Position numbers and translations under genes: made by a program. A stretch of DNA of 64,000 nt from Dicyema japonicum (lineage: Eukaryota > Animalia > Dicyemida). The notes under the pieces are model-generated. The model worked only from the letters and a program-made list of their open reading frames with translations, searched no databases and was not told the origin of the DNA. The stretch is from NCBI GenBank assembly GCA_011109175.1, contig RDEW01000037.1, positions 345,600 through 409,599 on the forward strand, read 5' to 3'. Positions 51,484 to 64,000 of the stretch are shown one piece after another (the first letter of the stretch is position 1; each line of letters begins with the position of its first letter).

Positions 51484-52720
51484 CTATGGAAGTGATCTAT
51501 TATCAGAATGGTACTCAAACCGGGAAAGTCGGAGAGGAACCCTTTCAACTATAAACCGATCAGTCTCATTTGCTCTATATCCAAGATTGCTGAGCGAATT
51601 ATCTTCAAGAGGCTGAACGAGCACATAGAAGAAAGTGGTTTCCTTCTCGCGGAACAATGGGGCTTCAGACCTGGAAAATCCTGTACGGACTGCATCTACC
51701 AGATTCACTCAACGGTATTGAGAGGTCTGGAATTCAAGAGACAAGTCAACCTAGTATGTTTGGATCTGTCTAAAGCTTTTGATAGCGTGTGGCACGAAGC
51801 CCTCCTATCAAGGCTAGCAGCTGCGAATATCCATAGGAAACACTTCATATGAATAACGAACTTTCTAACGGAACGAACTTCCCGAATACGTGTCGGACCA
51901 TATATGTAAAAAGATATTACATTGAAGAGGGCAGTTAACGACCTCGACCAACTTTTCCAGGAGAATTTCTGGCCTTTCCTCCATATTTACATTGAAGAGG
52001 GGCTCTATCTTGAGCCCACTGTTATTCAATATATTTTTGTCAGACTTTTCAGTTTTACCAAATGTGAACACTAAGATGTTAACATACGCGGATGACATTC
52101 TAATCATGGATACTTCTGGAAAATCCACTTTATCAGAAAATGGTTCAGGACTGGTGCTCCAAGAGAGGAATGACACTCTCTACCGAGAAATCGAACCATA
52201 TGTGAGTCAGTCGCCTAAGGAGGCAGCGTGTACAGCCTTATTTACTTGCCATCCCAAAAGTGAATTCACTTCGCTACCTCGGGATAACCATCGATAGAGA
52301 AGGTTCCTTCATGGAAGATATCAGACGAAGAAGAAAGAAAGCGCTACAAACGCTTTTCTGTAAAAGGAAGCTATCCGTAAGCTTGGAGACCTTCCTGTTT
52401 GTTTTCACGAGAGTTATTCTGCCGGAACTATTGTATGGATGCGAAGCATGGTTTTTCTCACGCCATAGAGATAGAATTATACTACTTATGGAAAAATCAA
52501 GAAGGTCAGCAATAACGCTGGCCTTGGGGAAAAAACTATTCAACACCCTCACTATAGAAAAAGATAAAATTCTTACTTCGGTGAGATACATTGTGGAGAA
52601 GAGGATCGACGGGATCCACCGATAGGATAAAAAGAAAATGGAGATGAAGTACGTCGGAAGAGTCCAGGCCGCATAGGCAGACTCGCATAAACCTCTTAAT
52701 TAACTCTTATAATTCGCTTG
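51484..52720 (+). mobile_element. Jockey/I-group LINE RT and 3' end, decayed
   Basis: LKPGKS..NYKPISLICSISKIAERII..EQWGFRPGKS..LDLSKAFDSVWH, GSILSPLLFNIF, LTYADDI, LRYLGITID, ILPELLYGCEAW. Confidence 0.9.
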
Positions 52721-52724
52721 AATA

Positions 52725-54720
52725 AAGTTTGGTTTGGTCTACTCGCACCCATTACCGGGCACGATACAACAACTTCACCAAATCAATCATCAGTAGTAGC
52801 GACGGGCGGTGTGACCAAAAGGCAGGGACGTAATCATTGCAGGCTAATTACCTGCGATTATTAGGAATTCCTTGTGCACGAGGAATAATTACAAACCTCG
52901 ATTCCTGTCACGAAGAAATTTTAAGGTTTATCTTGCTTTACCAAGCAAGACACCCACTACTTTCTTCATTCCGATGCTATTGCAGCCCCGAACGTCTAAA
53001 AACAATCACAGACCTGTTATTGCTCACTTTAAGTGTTTTAAAAACTGATCCCTCTAAGAAGTTGAACGACTAGAATCGAACAACTAATAAGTAGTTTTGA
53101 ATCTGGTTCGTTGTCAGAATTAATTAGACAGATCACTCCACCAACCAACAACGGTCATGCACCACCAACCACAGTATCAAGAAAAATCTATCAGTCTGAC
53201 AATCCTTACTGTGTTAGGCCCGGGTGAGTTTTTCTGTGTTGAGTCAAATTGAGCCGCAGGCTCCACTCCTAGTGGTGCCCTTGCGTCAATTCCTTTAAGT
53301 TTCAGCTTTGCAACCATACTTCCCCTGGAGCCCAAAGACTTTGGTTTCCCGGAAGCAACCAGCTAATGTACAAATACTTATTAGCGGAGTACTAGTTGGC
53401 ATCGTTTATAGTTGGAACTACGACGAGATCTAATCAACTTCGATACTCCAATTTTCTTTCATGATTAATGAAAACATCATTGACAAATACTTTCGCCGTA
53501 GTTCGTCCTGCATCGGTCAACGAATATCACCTCTAGTAATGAAATACGAATGCCACAGTCTGTCTCTGTTAATCACTACTTTTCTACTGTTAGTTAGTTA
53601 AGTAACCCCAGCCTCACTAACTTGTAAAAGGCCAGCAGCTATTAAGTAGTACGAAACAGATGTTGGTCGCTCCCATAGATCGGTCAGTTCTGGCATTGTG
53701 GAGAAACGTTGTGTTAATTCATGACATTTAAATAGATAGTTTGTTGTCAGCACACGGAGGTTGCAAAAGGATCAGAGTATATCATATATTGGTAGATATG
53801 GATGGTGCTCACATCGGAGACGAGCCAAAATTTTCTATGTGACTCACCTTCACGTAAGAAAATTGGATACCAGTATCAATCTGGCAACTAAAAGAACCAC
53901 AATTATTTCCCTGTCAACCTTTTCAACGACCTCTGGGAAGTCGGACTGGATGATGGCGGCTATTGAGCGGGCGCGTAGCTTTTTCTCCCAAAGTTCGGAT
54001 TGCTACTGTTAACCAATAGAAAAGTCCTTTTCTATTATTCCATGCTGAGATATTCAAGTAGAATGCTTGCCTTAAGTACTCTATTTTGTTAACTACAGCA
54101 ATGGCCTACTTGCATGTATTACACACAAGCAAACCGAGATCCAACTACGAGCTTTTCAAACACAGCAACTTTATTATACACTATTGGAACTGGAATTGCC
54201 GCGGCTGCTGGCACCAGACTTGCCCTCCAATTGCCTTCATTAAAGCTTTTACGATTATTTCATTACGATCTCTGAACAAATGCCCAGATCCGTTATTTAT
54301 CATCATTATCTCTTTATCCCAAAAGTGGATAATTTTCGCACCTGCTGCAATCCATAGATCTGGCAGCCATTTCTCATGCTCCCTCTCCGGAATCGAACTT
54401 TGATTCTCCGTTACCCGTTGTAACCACGGTAAGCCACTACCTCACCGTCAACAATTGATGGGGCGGACATCTAATTGATATGTCACCGATATCCCGAGTC
54501 AAATTTATCCAGAGTCAACTAATTATAATAATTGTCCTTTGATAAGATTTAAGCATGTATTAGCTCTAGATTTACAACAGTTATCCACCGTCGTTTGACA
54601 TTATCAAGTAAGTTATGTCCGATTTAATAAAACGTTCGCTCATTAGAGAGCATGAACTTACACTTGCATGGCTTAATCTGTAAGATAAACATTTCACTAG
54701 AAAAGAGTATTATCAACACA
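52725..54720 (-). pseudogene. Orphan 18S rRNA pseudogene interrupted by a LINE insertion (53593-54002)
   Basis: Colinear SSU motifs gattaagccatgc, ccagcagccgcgg, aaactgaaacttaaaggaattgac, cacaccgcccgtcgct. Substitutions at universal sites, last about 45 nt absent, no ITS/5.8S/28S adjacent. Confidence 0.9.
53593..54002 (-). mobile_element. 410-bp 5'-truncated Ingi-like LINE in the 18S V4 region, 9-bp TSD
   Basis: TSD ctactgtta at 53584-53592 and 54003-54011. Encodes ..TNYLFKCHEL..LTDLWERPTSVSYYLIAAGLL..* then (CTAA)n. Confidence 0.85.
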
Positions 54721-56499
54721 CCAAAAATTTCAAGCTTTTATTAGTACTTGTGGCTTTCTAGTTATATATAGATTGCGACTAGACTGTTAATATTCAGGAA
54801 TAATGCTTTGTAAGTATTTTCCGTTCACCATTCAATCTTCCATGATTGCAAGATGAACATAAGTTTCACTTGATTTACTGTGAGATTCTCCGGATGAGTA
54901 AATGAATTTGCTAATCTGTGTGTAGGTCATTGTCCACGGATCTATGATAGTCACTTGACGATCAGAACCAATGTATTGTAGTAATAAAATATACCAAATG
55001 TAAGAGAAGGATTTCTCATAGAATTCTTACGCTCCCTCAAGACCACACAAGCACGCATCTACCGTATAACGGATCCTCTTGGNAACATAAGTTTCACTTG
55101 ATTTACTGTGAGATTCTCCGGATGAGTAAATGAATTTGCTAATCTGTGTGTAGGTAATTGTCCACGGATCTATGATAGTCACTTTACGATCAGAACCAAT
55201 GTATTGTAGTAATAAAATATAAAAATGTAAGAGAAGGATTTCTCATAGAATTCTTACGTTCCCTCAAGACCACACAAGCACGCATCTACCGTATAACGGA
55301 TCCTCTTGGTCTCAACGTTCATCGATTCTTACGTATTACGGATTCCAGATGCATTGGAGAATGGTACTTTCAACAAGTCCATTTTTCCACTTATTATAAG
55401 TCATTTTGTTACAATCTTGAAGTATCAATTGGATGTTCAATCGCGTGAATCAAGATGATGTCGTAATGCACGATTTGGGTGCATTGAGAAGCATTCAACC
55501 AAGCATCCGTTGAATGACAGCTAGCCTTTGTGAGGGGTAAGTCTTATTGCATCCCCAGTGCTCTCATGAAACTCCTTCTCATAATCGATTTCTGATTAGT
55601 GTGGTCATCTGGATCATTAAGGGACATGTCCTTCATACTTCCATAGCTTCTGATAGTGACAGAGATAGGTTCAAATCTAAATAAGAGTTAAGGATTGTGT
55701 CCATAAAATCCATTGATTAACTGTATGAGAACAAATATAATGAGGTGTCTGAAGGTATAGTATGGTCCATCCTACTAAAACCATTAGGGGGAGTTTCCAG
55801 AAGTCATCCATAATCATCGCCAGATTGATACTGGTATCCATGACTTTCTAATTTCACAGTCAACAAAAGAAGAAAATCTTTATCATAGGGAATTATTAAA
55901 GTCGAATAGGACTTTGAGAAGCAGAAGGAAGTTTTTTTACATTTTTTTAAATTATTTTGCATATTCGCGAACTAACAGCAAAATTCATTTAAATGGGCAG
56001 ACGGTCTGTCCACTCTGATAAAATTTTAAATTCAGAATAAGAAAAAAACATGAGAACTAGCCATTAGGTATTTGAAGCCACATGACCAAACTAACATTTT
56101 TGTTTAATTAAAAACGTGATATTAACTTATATTTATTTAAAAGTCGCTAAGAGGAATCGAGATTCACCACAAATCCACCGAACGTTCTCTTCTGCATTTT
56201 TTTAATTTTTTTTCAAAAAGTGGAAGATCCTAAATTTATTGCTGTGTCATTTTCACGAACAATTTTTTGTGGGCATTGAATATTGATTTTTCATTTACAG
56301 GATCTATTTTGTAGAGGAAATTAAATAAGAGAGATTCACTTAATAGTGTGTTTTTGTTTTAAGTTGCACTTCATTTTTTTAAAAAGAGAACAATTTATTG
56401 CGTAACAAGACAATCAAAATAATTTAGCTGATAAGATGGAATAACTGTTACCCATGACAACTGCCAGAGAAATCCTTTGGAACAATTATTTGGTTTCCT

Positions 56500-56620
56500 G
56501 ATGCTCATTAGTAACTTTCGAAATCATTGAACCAAGCGATATTAGAAAAGAGACCGTCTTGGGCCCAAAGATTCCACTCGTCTCGACAACAACGGGCTAT
56601 TTGGAATTTTGTGGAGAGGC
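56500..56620 (+). mobile_element. Mariner transposase remnant
   Basis: LNQAILEKRPSWAQR (L..A..EKRP.WA.R before HDNA). Confidence 0.45.
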
Positions 56621-56639
56621 TATCGTATTTTTTATCTTA

Positions 56640-56790
56640 AAATTCTCGAAAGTCCAAGCAGCCTCCATCCCAAATCAAACATTGCCCTCAAAAGAAGAGG
56701 AAGACAGTTAGTTCATCTGGGCGCTTTCCATCTCCACGATCCAGGCTCACTGGTTCCAGAGACGACTGAATCCAGCCGCCTTCAATTATA
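56640..56790 (-). mobile_element. CRE-clade RLE endonuclease fragment
   Basis: SSLEPVSLDRGDGKRPDELTVF..GQCLIWD. Confidence 0.75.
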
Positions 56791-57194
56791 ATATTACTTG
56801 AAAGAAACATTATTCAACATGTTTCTTTTAGTCCTTTAAAGCCTTCTTTTAGTCCTGTATATTCTCACTGACCTTCGGGATAAGAATTTTATCTAAATTT
56901 ACATCAATTTTTGCTGAGTCGTTGAAAATTGAATGTTGCTTCTTTGGAAATGAGTTTTTAAAAAAATCACATATATATATTTTGTATATATTTGAATCCT
57001 TCATTTCAGTACACCATCTGTCTAAATCAATTAAATCCATTTGAAATCCTTCCCGGGGAATTTTGCTTAATGTTGATCATAGGAATTTAGGCTTTCAATG
57101 GTGACTTTGTGCACATGTTGTACGGATTCCACAATAAGACAATACCTATGATATATAACACAGAAAACTTCATTTATTCCACGAAATGTTTATT

Positions 57195-59930
57195 ATTGGG
57201 AGCATTTGTCTTTGTGGTTGAGGTGGTGAAGTGCCTCTCTAGCTATGTCTAACCATGTTCTATAGTCGCTTCATTTAATGTTAGAGAACTATCAGCGAGA
57301 TCGAAACGGAACATTCTGTGCGAGGACCTAGACTGTTACGGAGTTGATGTATGCTGTCTTCAAGAAACAAAAGTTGGAGGAGGATATGACGAAGTTTATG
57401 GAAATACCTCCTAATGTTACTACCGTCTGAATGCCGACACTATGGACTGGGATTTGCTGTCCGGGCTTCGTTGAGAAAGCGAGAGTTCAAAGTGTGGAGT
57501 GTTAATGATCGTTTTGCGATTCTTCAAATCAAACTAAAACCGACAGGGAATAAACTGTTAACTCTTATCAACGTATATGCTTACCGGCAGAGTTACCTCT
57601 GATGAGTTGGACGAATTTTATGAAAGCCTTTCGAAAGTATGCATCAAACTGGACAAAACAGCAACCATGTTTCTGGCGGGAGACTGGAATGCCAAAACAG
57701 GCGTTAAGAAAAACCACGAAATATGTATCGGAAGGCACGGAAAAGGGCATCGAAACTTCCGGAGAGTCCCTAATTGGGGTTTGTCTGACATTTGGTCTTT
57801 ATCTCTACAATACGACCTTTCAACATCCAGTCAGGCATAAGACGACATGGACTGATCACAGAAAAGGCCAAGACGACCGAGAGATTACAATATACAATTA
57901 AATAGAGTATATATTATGTCAGAATGCACATAAAAACTTGCTCGTGAACTCACAATCATATGGAGGAGCTGTAACAAATAGTGATCATAGGATAACGGTG
58001 TCTCGGATATGCATACGGAAACAATTTGGTAACATTGCCCAGAACAATCAAGCTAACATTAAACATCCAAGACTAGCTACAGAGGAACTGATAAACAACA
58101 CCATGAAACGGAGAAAAATTCAAAACAACATCGAGCAACGCACATCACAACTAAATATGGAAGAAAGGTCAGACATTCTCCTGGAAAATTCCGGAGAGGG
58201 AGCATGAGAAATGGCTGCCATCTATATATAACTAGAAAGTTGTTAAACAGGCCGCGACGAGTACTATCGGCTACAGAAGCATCCGCTCGAACAACAGCTA
58301 AGCACATTTGGGATGAATCTAAACACCTAATATTGGATAATGGGGACAAAGCCTCACGAATTGCTGACCACTTTCAGAAACAATGCCAAACAGATGATAC
58401 CTATGCACTCACATTTATTGGTCATCCGCGGAGCTTGTCAAACGAAATAACACATTCGAAGGTCCTAGAAGCATTCCACCATATGAACAACAACAGAGCT
58501 GCAGGATGAGATGGAGTCCCAAGGAAATTACTCAAATACGCTCCCGATAGTCTGGCGAGGTTCTTTGCACAAATACTGAACAAGGCTTTTGCATTACACT
58601 GCCCGCTTCCAATCGGGACCGGAATATTAATACCCGTTCATAACCGGCCAAAAGACGAGGACCTTCGGAAGCTTAAGACCTATTGTGATTGTCATCACTC
58701 TAAGGAAAACTCTATCGACTATTGTTCGAGGCCGTATATCAATGTCGGTCGATATCTCTCTTGCAATCAAATTGGTTTCAGGCCTGGAAGATGTTGTCAG
58801 GAGCCATCGTTGGATCACTGCAATATGCCAGATGTACAAACGATCTTTTCACATTCCGGGAATCTACATGAGCAAGGCTTTTGACAGCATCAACGAGTGT
58901 TAACTATGTTGAAAGACGTTTTCGACGAAGACAGTCTGCGCATGATACATATGCTATTATCTGAAACTGAACTACTCGTCAGAGTTGGCACTAAGGAGTC
59001 TAGACCTTTTTCTACTAATGTTGGAACCCATCAAGGAGACAATCTATCTCCTTTATTATTTATCATCTACCTGGAAGCTGCTCTGAGAAATCTAAGAGGA
59101 CAAATTGGATTTTTATACAGCCACTTCATGGAACTCATTTACGCGGATGACGTTGAGTTTGTCGCTGAAGATCGGGAATTTATAGAAGTTATTATGGAGA
59201 AAGCGAAAACAACTTTGAGTAAATGGTCCCTCAAAATCAATCAAGACAAACTGAAATAACCACTATTGAAAGAACGCCAACCCACGTTGAGGAGAAGTGG
59301 AGGAACACCCGAAAACTTGGATCGCTACTTAGTAATTCAGAAGATATCACACGACGAAAGATATTGGCCACAATAGCAATCAAAAAATTACAATCCATTC
59401 TGATGAGAAAATCAAATTCTACAAAGATGCGATTTGTCGGACCAGTCCTTATGTACAACGCAGGTACTTGGGGAACGTCAAAGAATGACACGGAACAACT
59501 TGACTCGTTTCACATGGCCAACTAAAAAAACTCCTTGGATACTCTTAGCCAAAGAAAATCTGAAACAATAAATTATACAAACTGACTGATTGTGGACCAA
59601 TAAGTCTAAACGTACGCTGGCGTCTTTTTGACATATTTTACGGATGGATGAACAGACACTATGCAATGCCGTCATGGAAGAATTTTTCGGCCATACTGTA
59701 TTTCCTGCATTCAGAGGACGCCTAAGAAGTCGTCTTCCAAGGACACTCGCGGAAGATTATGCAGTGATCGGGGGCCGACTGATGTATGCGGACGATATAG
59801 ACGAAATTAGGAAACGAGCACAACAACAAAAAGGATAGAAAAGACTAACGGAAAGGATAATTGAAAAACATGGCACAAGCGAAACCATAAACAGTGTTTA
59901 CTGGTAACTCGAATGTGCCTTAACTAACAT
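57195..59930 (+). mobile_element. Near full-length decayed RTE-clade LINE (family R2)
   Basis: ASFNVRE, CCLQETK, LINVYA, FLAGDWNAKTG, NSDHRI, NNNRAAG, MSKAFDSI, GTHQGDNLSPLLFIIYLE, IYADDVEF, DSFH. 3' gtgccttaactaac. Confidence 0.9.
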
Positions 59931-59964
59931 TTGTCTCTTTATTAGCATCAATTGCCTTATCACA

Positions 59965-60530
59965 ACTATTATTATTAAAACCACTCCAGAGAAAACATAA
60001 TGTTAACAAGTCTCCCTTGTTCCGTATTCTGGATCATCCTCTCCGTCAGCCTCGACCATGATCTTTTGTTGTGCGCTAGTTCTCTTAGGTAGTCCAGATC
60101 GTCAGCCGAAGTTAGTGTCATACCAACCGCCGATAGGTCTTCGTTCAAGATAGTCGTAGGTGTCTTGGCCCTCCGCGGAATACGGCTCCAGTGTGTGCGA
60201 AGTAATTGTCCATTGCGACATTTGCGGGGAACTGGTCATTTAGACGTAACACGTGGGCAAAAAGGCTCCATCTTGATTTGAAAATATCATCTGACAGCAC
60301 GTCGGATTTGGATTTATTATGAAGGTTTTTATTAGAGATCTTCATAGGCCAGTTGATCTTGATTACTGATTCGAGCTGAGCTCTGTGGAAAGAGTCAAGA
60401 CGGTCCATTTTCTGTTTAAGGATTCCCCAATTCCCAGAGTTGTAGGCTAGTACCAGGATGACAAAAGCCTTATATTCTAAGCCTGGTGTTTAATCCTATC
60501 CTTTTCTTGTGGCTCCATATTGACGATATT
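59965..60530 (-). mobile_element. RTE family R2 3' fragment
   Basis: DRLDSFHRAQLE..SRWSLFAHVLRL..FRGGPR, (TAA)n tail. Confidence 0.85.
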
Positions 60531-60697
60531 TTCAAGGCAGGTTAGTCAATATCGTGAAAAGTGAAAATTGTCTTGACTGAATTGGATTTTGAAAATTCTT
60601 TGCCAGAACAAGAGGGAAAACCGAAAAAAACTTTAAAATATTTAAGACTTTCAAATTGTCAAATCAAATGACACAACATTTTTTTAGTCGTCTAGGG

Positions 60698-60775
60698 TAG
60701 TGGTTCCCAAACTTTTCTGAGTTGAGGCACCTTTTCTGATTTTCTAAAAATTTGAGGCACCCTAATTGTTTTTAT
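60698..60775 (+). mobile_element. hAT (Charlie-type) left terminus
   Basis: tagtggttcccaaacttttctg..gaggcacc subterminal repeats. Confidence 0.5.
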
Positions 60776-61789
60776 TAATAATATCTTATATTTCTGACTT
60801 TATTTATTAAGGCAACAAAATTAAATTTATGTGAAAACCTTTAATATCGGCGGTCAATGTGGATAGTTGCAATCTTATGTCTGAGGAAGCTTCAAGCTTT
60901 TTCTATACTTTGTTTTTGTGAGAAATATAAGGAAAAACAGAACTCGCAGAGGTAGGTAGTCAAAAATGATAATAAAGAAGTTATTTCCTGTTTTGCTTAT
61001 TTCTTTATATTTCCAACTGCATTCGGACCAAAAATGAAACAATCCCAGTTTATATTCATATTATATTAAAGGGTCCTCAGTTAACTAAATCAACTGTTCT
61101 TTCATGGCTAAATTCACAGGTTTTGTCTTAATGTCTATGGGATTTTTACTCAATCATAATTATCAATAATTTCTGGAAAATATTTTTCAAAATTTTCTTT
61201 AATTTTTTTAAAATGATTGTCGATTTTTGTGTGAATTTCAGAATTTAACGAATGTTTGCTTATTACAATAAAATTATGTAAAACAGGAAAACTATATTCA
61301 TATTCATGTTCTGCTACACATGTTTGCCAAAACCAAGATCAAACAACCTAAAGAGCACTTAGAAAGATGTTAAAACAACAAAGTGATAACATTTTTCAAT
61401 AATCTCCCAACTCTTGATATCTTCTTTGTCTCAACTAGTACTATATATTTTGAAGATTGTTGGCATCACTAAGTTAGTTGTGTTACTCAGGATTCACTCC
61501 ATACATTAACACCAATTTATTTAATAATGAGACAGTCTGCATCGGGATTTTTATTCGCCTGGGGTTGAGAATAAGCTAGACTAGATGCGGGGAATTTCTC
61601 GATACTTACGGACATCACACCCTCTCATGCAGAAGAATTGCTGGGAGATTCCCCCGGCATACTAACTTGAATAATGTTGTAAAACGCGCACGGAGTATGT
61701 CGGAAACTCTTCCATACTGGAGCTTATTGATCTGGACAGGATCGGACGGAGTTACAATTTTTTCGTTCAAGTTTCGTTTGAACGTGTGT

Positions 61790-61915
61790 CGATTCTCCAT
61801 TTCTCACCACATCACCGAGTGCGTGATAAAGGCACTAACAGCCACAGAAAGTAATAAAGAAAAGAATTATATAGGCCTTGTCGATGGATATACCTTCCGC
61901 GCGATTGCTGTGTAG
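61790..61915 (+). mobile_element. Possible Penelope-like GIY-YIG remnant
   Basis: CVIKALTATESNKEKNYIGL only. Confidence 0.3.
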
Positions 61916-63359
61916 ACAACCGGAACGATAAGTAGATACTCACTCAGAAGCCACGGTGATCGAGAAACACAACGCCTCATCCAGTTGGTTACAGATAAGT
62001 AACTTTTCCATTATGTCCTCACAAAACTAAATCTATTATTATGCACATTCTCAATAATAAAGCTATATCCTTTCCGTCACTTGTGCCACCCCCAGATGAT
62101 CTTGTCTGTTAGACTCGTACACATTCTTCTCTAGATTGCGAATTTTCAGAGGCTGTCTAGATCTTCTGGGTCTTCTAATGCCATTTTAACATGTTTTAGA
62201 TCGATGTTTATTATTAATATCAAAGTTATTTGTAGCTAGCTTCAAGTATGTTCCTTAAATCCCCGGGTCTTTGTAATAATTGTATCCAAGTGCGTCGATT
62301 TTGCAAGCTTGGTTTTCNGTACACATTCTTCTCTAGATTGCGAATTTTCAGAGGCTGTCTAGATCTTCTGGGTCTTCTAATGCCATTTTAACATGTTTTA
62401 GATTGATGTTTATTATTAATATCAAAGTTATTCGTAGCTAGCTTCAAGTATGTTCCTTAAATCCCCGGGTCTTTGTAATAATTGTATCCAAGTGCGTCGA
62501 TTTTGCAAGCTTGGTTTTCGATAATTAAAAATTCTACAGGGTGTTTTAGACGTTCGTGCAACTGAGGGAGATAACCACTTCATTCAATATGTTTTAAGTA
62601 AATCAGATGGATTTTAGGTGATTTATGCTAAAACCTCTAAACCTTATGCTTTTGAATTTTAAGACTTATAAATTAGGTATTAAGTAATATTTATAGTCAT
62701 CATCTCAGAAAGAAAACTCAGAGTTTCCAGTAGCATGAGAGATTGATGGGGATATTATTCTTGAGTGAATCTTGTTAAGGATTTTCTTAAAAACACGGAT
62801 GCCAGTATATGGATTATTCTTTGTTTTTTTGGATTTTTTAAACTAACTTTCTCTTCTCCAAAACACATCGAGTTGATTCTTCGATGTTTATGAAATAGAT
62901 AATCCAGGGGAAAGTGTAGGGCATGATGTGAGATGAAACCACTTGGAATAATTTTTTGTCAGCAGTTATAAAAAAATTTGTGAGGGACTCAATAGCGACT
63001 TCAAAAGATGGGAAGGACGTACAAGAGAAGTCCTTGAGAACGGTCTCATTCCTATGAATCCCATTTCCACGTAAATAGTTAATATATGTCCTTTGCTCCT
63101 CAGGACTGTTAATTTATGATTATTATAATCGGATTATCTGCTGAAGATTGTAGAGAATATCCCAATGAGCTTCAAGAGCCAGACTATGAGAACAAAAGGA
63201 GATAGAGAAGGTAATTGAATGTTCGTAAATCACATGAGCGTGCAATTGTGGGTTTATGGATAAGAATAATGTCCACAGAATAATTGTGGAAATTGCGTAA
63301 ATCAATACATTTTAGGAAAGTCAATTAATATTATGAAATATTCAAGTGTCTATTAAATA

Positions 63360-63560
63360 GTAAGTTAGTTGCCCCGACCTCACTAACATGAGACCGCTTG
63401 CCATCAGAGTCCAGCTGTTAGTGTTGGGCACTCCCTCAAGTGCCTTAGTGTAAAGACCAACACCAATACGACTAGTATCGTCATCCAGAAAAGTACCAAC
63501 TGGGCGAACCGGGGAGGCATTGAACCAGGCCCCAGAATTCTCAACGGACGCCAAATTTCG
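63360..63560 (-). mobile_element. Candidate SINE B (tRNA-like head plus Ingi-type 3' end), or a decayed Ingi 3' end
   Basis: tggcgtccgttgag..ggttcaatgcc boxes. The tail atgttagtgaggtcggggcaactaac matches the Ingi ends at 2846 and 53593. Confidence 0.45.
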
Positions 63561-64000
63561 ACATGTGCGGGATTATTAATTATTTACATGGAAAACAAAA
63601 ACAAAATTAAAGTCAATAGGCCAAATCTACAAGGCTATTCCCTTTCTAGATTGTGAGAGAAATAAACTTGAAAAGCAGCATTTATCAGGTTAGATCTCGT
63701 CTTTTGAGGTATAGGACGATTGAAATTAATAATCTATTTAAGTACATAATATTTATTATCTGAGTGTCTATAAGAATTAATTATTATAGATTTACCTTAA
63801 ATGAGAATTAAAATTTAATGGAATTAAACTATAGCAGTGAAAAGCTATCCTAATGATAGTAAAACAGCTAACTGAATACCTATAACAAGAGTTCTTCACT
63901 TTCATATATGTAATCAAAATTGTAAATGGATGAAAGTGCATTTTGCGATTTTATATTTAAATTAAATATAATAATAGATTTAATATTATACATAAAATAT

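Noticed and set aside
53584-54011. rDNA-specific R-element in 18S
   Set aside because: The same family inserted at a non-rDNA TGTTA site (7944), and the 18S is a pseudogene
62830-63305. Possible non-canonical AT-AG 24-nt intron (63106-63129) joining two minus-strand ORFs
   Set aside because: No ATG start or homology found; a mutated GT in a pseudogene or chance is equally likely without RNA data

Overview
AT-rich eukaryotic genomic DNA using the standard code. Spliceosomal introns are extremely short, mostly 22-26 nt GT-AG. The tiny introns, animal-type genes and a divergent 18S suggest a dicyemid mesozoan or a similarly reduced animal parasite; this is an inference, not a database result. 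Recognisable genes are mitochondrial acyl carrier protein (NDUFAB1-like), an SMKR1-like gene whose ATG is split by an intron, SMU1, U1A/U2B''/SNF, an SNX13-like sorting nexin, a PPIG-like cyclophilin without an RS tail, and two intron-containing ubiquitin-eL40 copies about 20 kb apart. Most of the rest is decayed mobile DNA. It includes Ingi-like LINEs (2A-like motif and an HDV-ribozyme-like 5' pseudoknot), a BovB-like RTE with a TSD, a second RTE family, CRE-like and Jockey-like fragments, and pogo/Tigger, hAT and mariner remnants. Four fragments belong to an RLE retroelement resembling those of microsporidia. There are at least two SINE-like families, one with about 8 copies and its apparent partner LINE in the window. 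An orphan 18S rRNA pseudogene carries a LINE insertion, and there is a tRNA-Lys pseudogene. About 18 local tandem duplications of 84-360 bp, many next to single N bases, are most likely assembly artefacts. All coordinates were read by eye, so TE boundaries are approximate.
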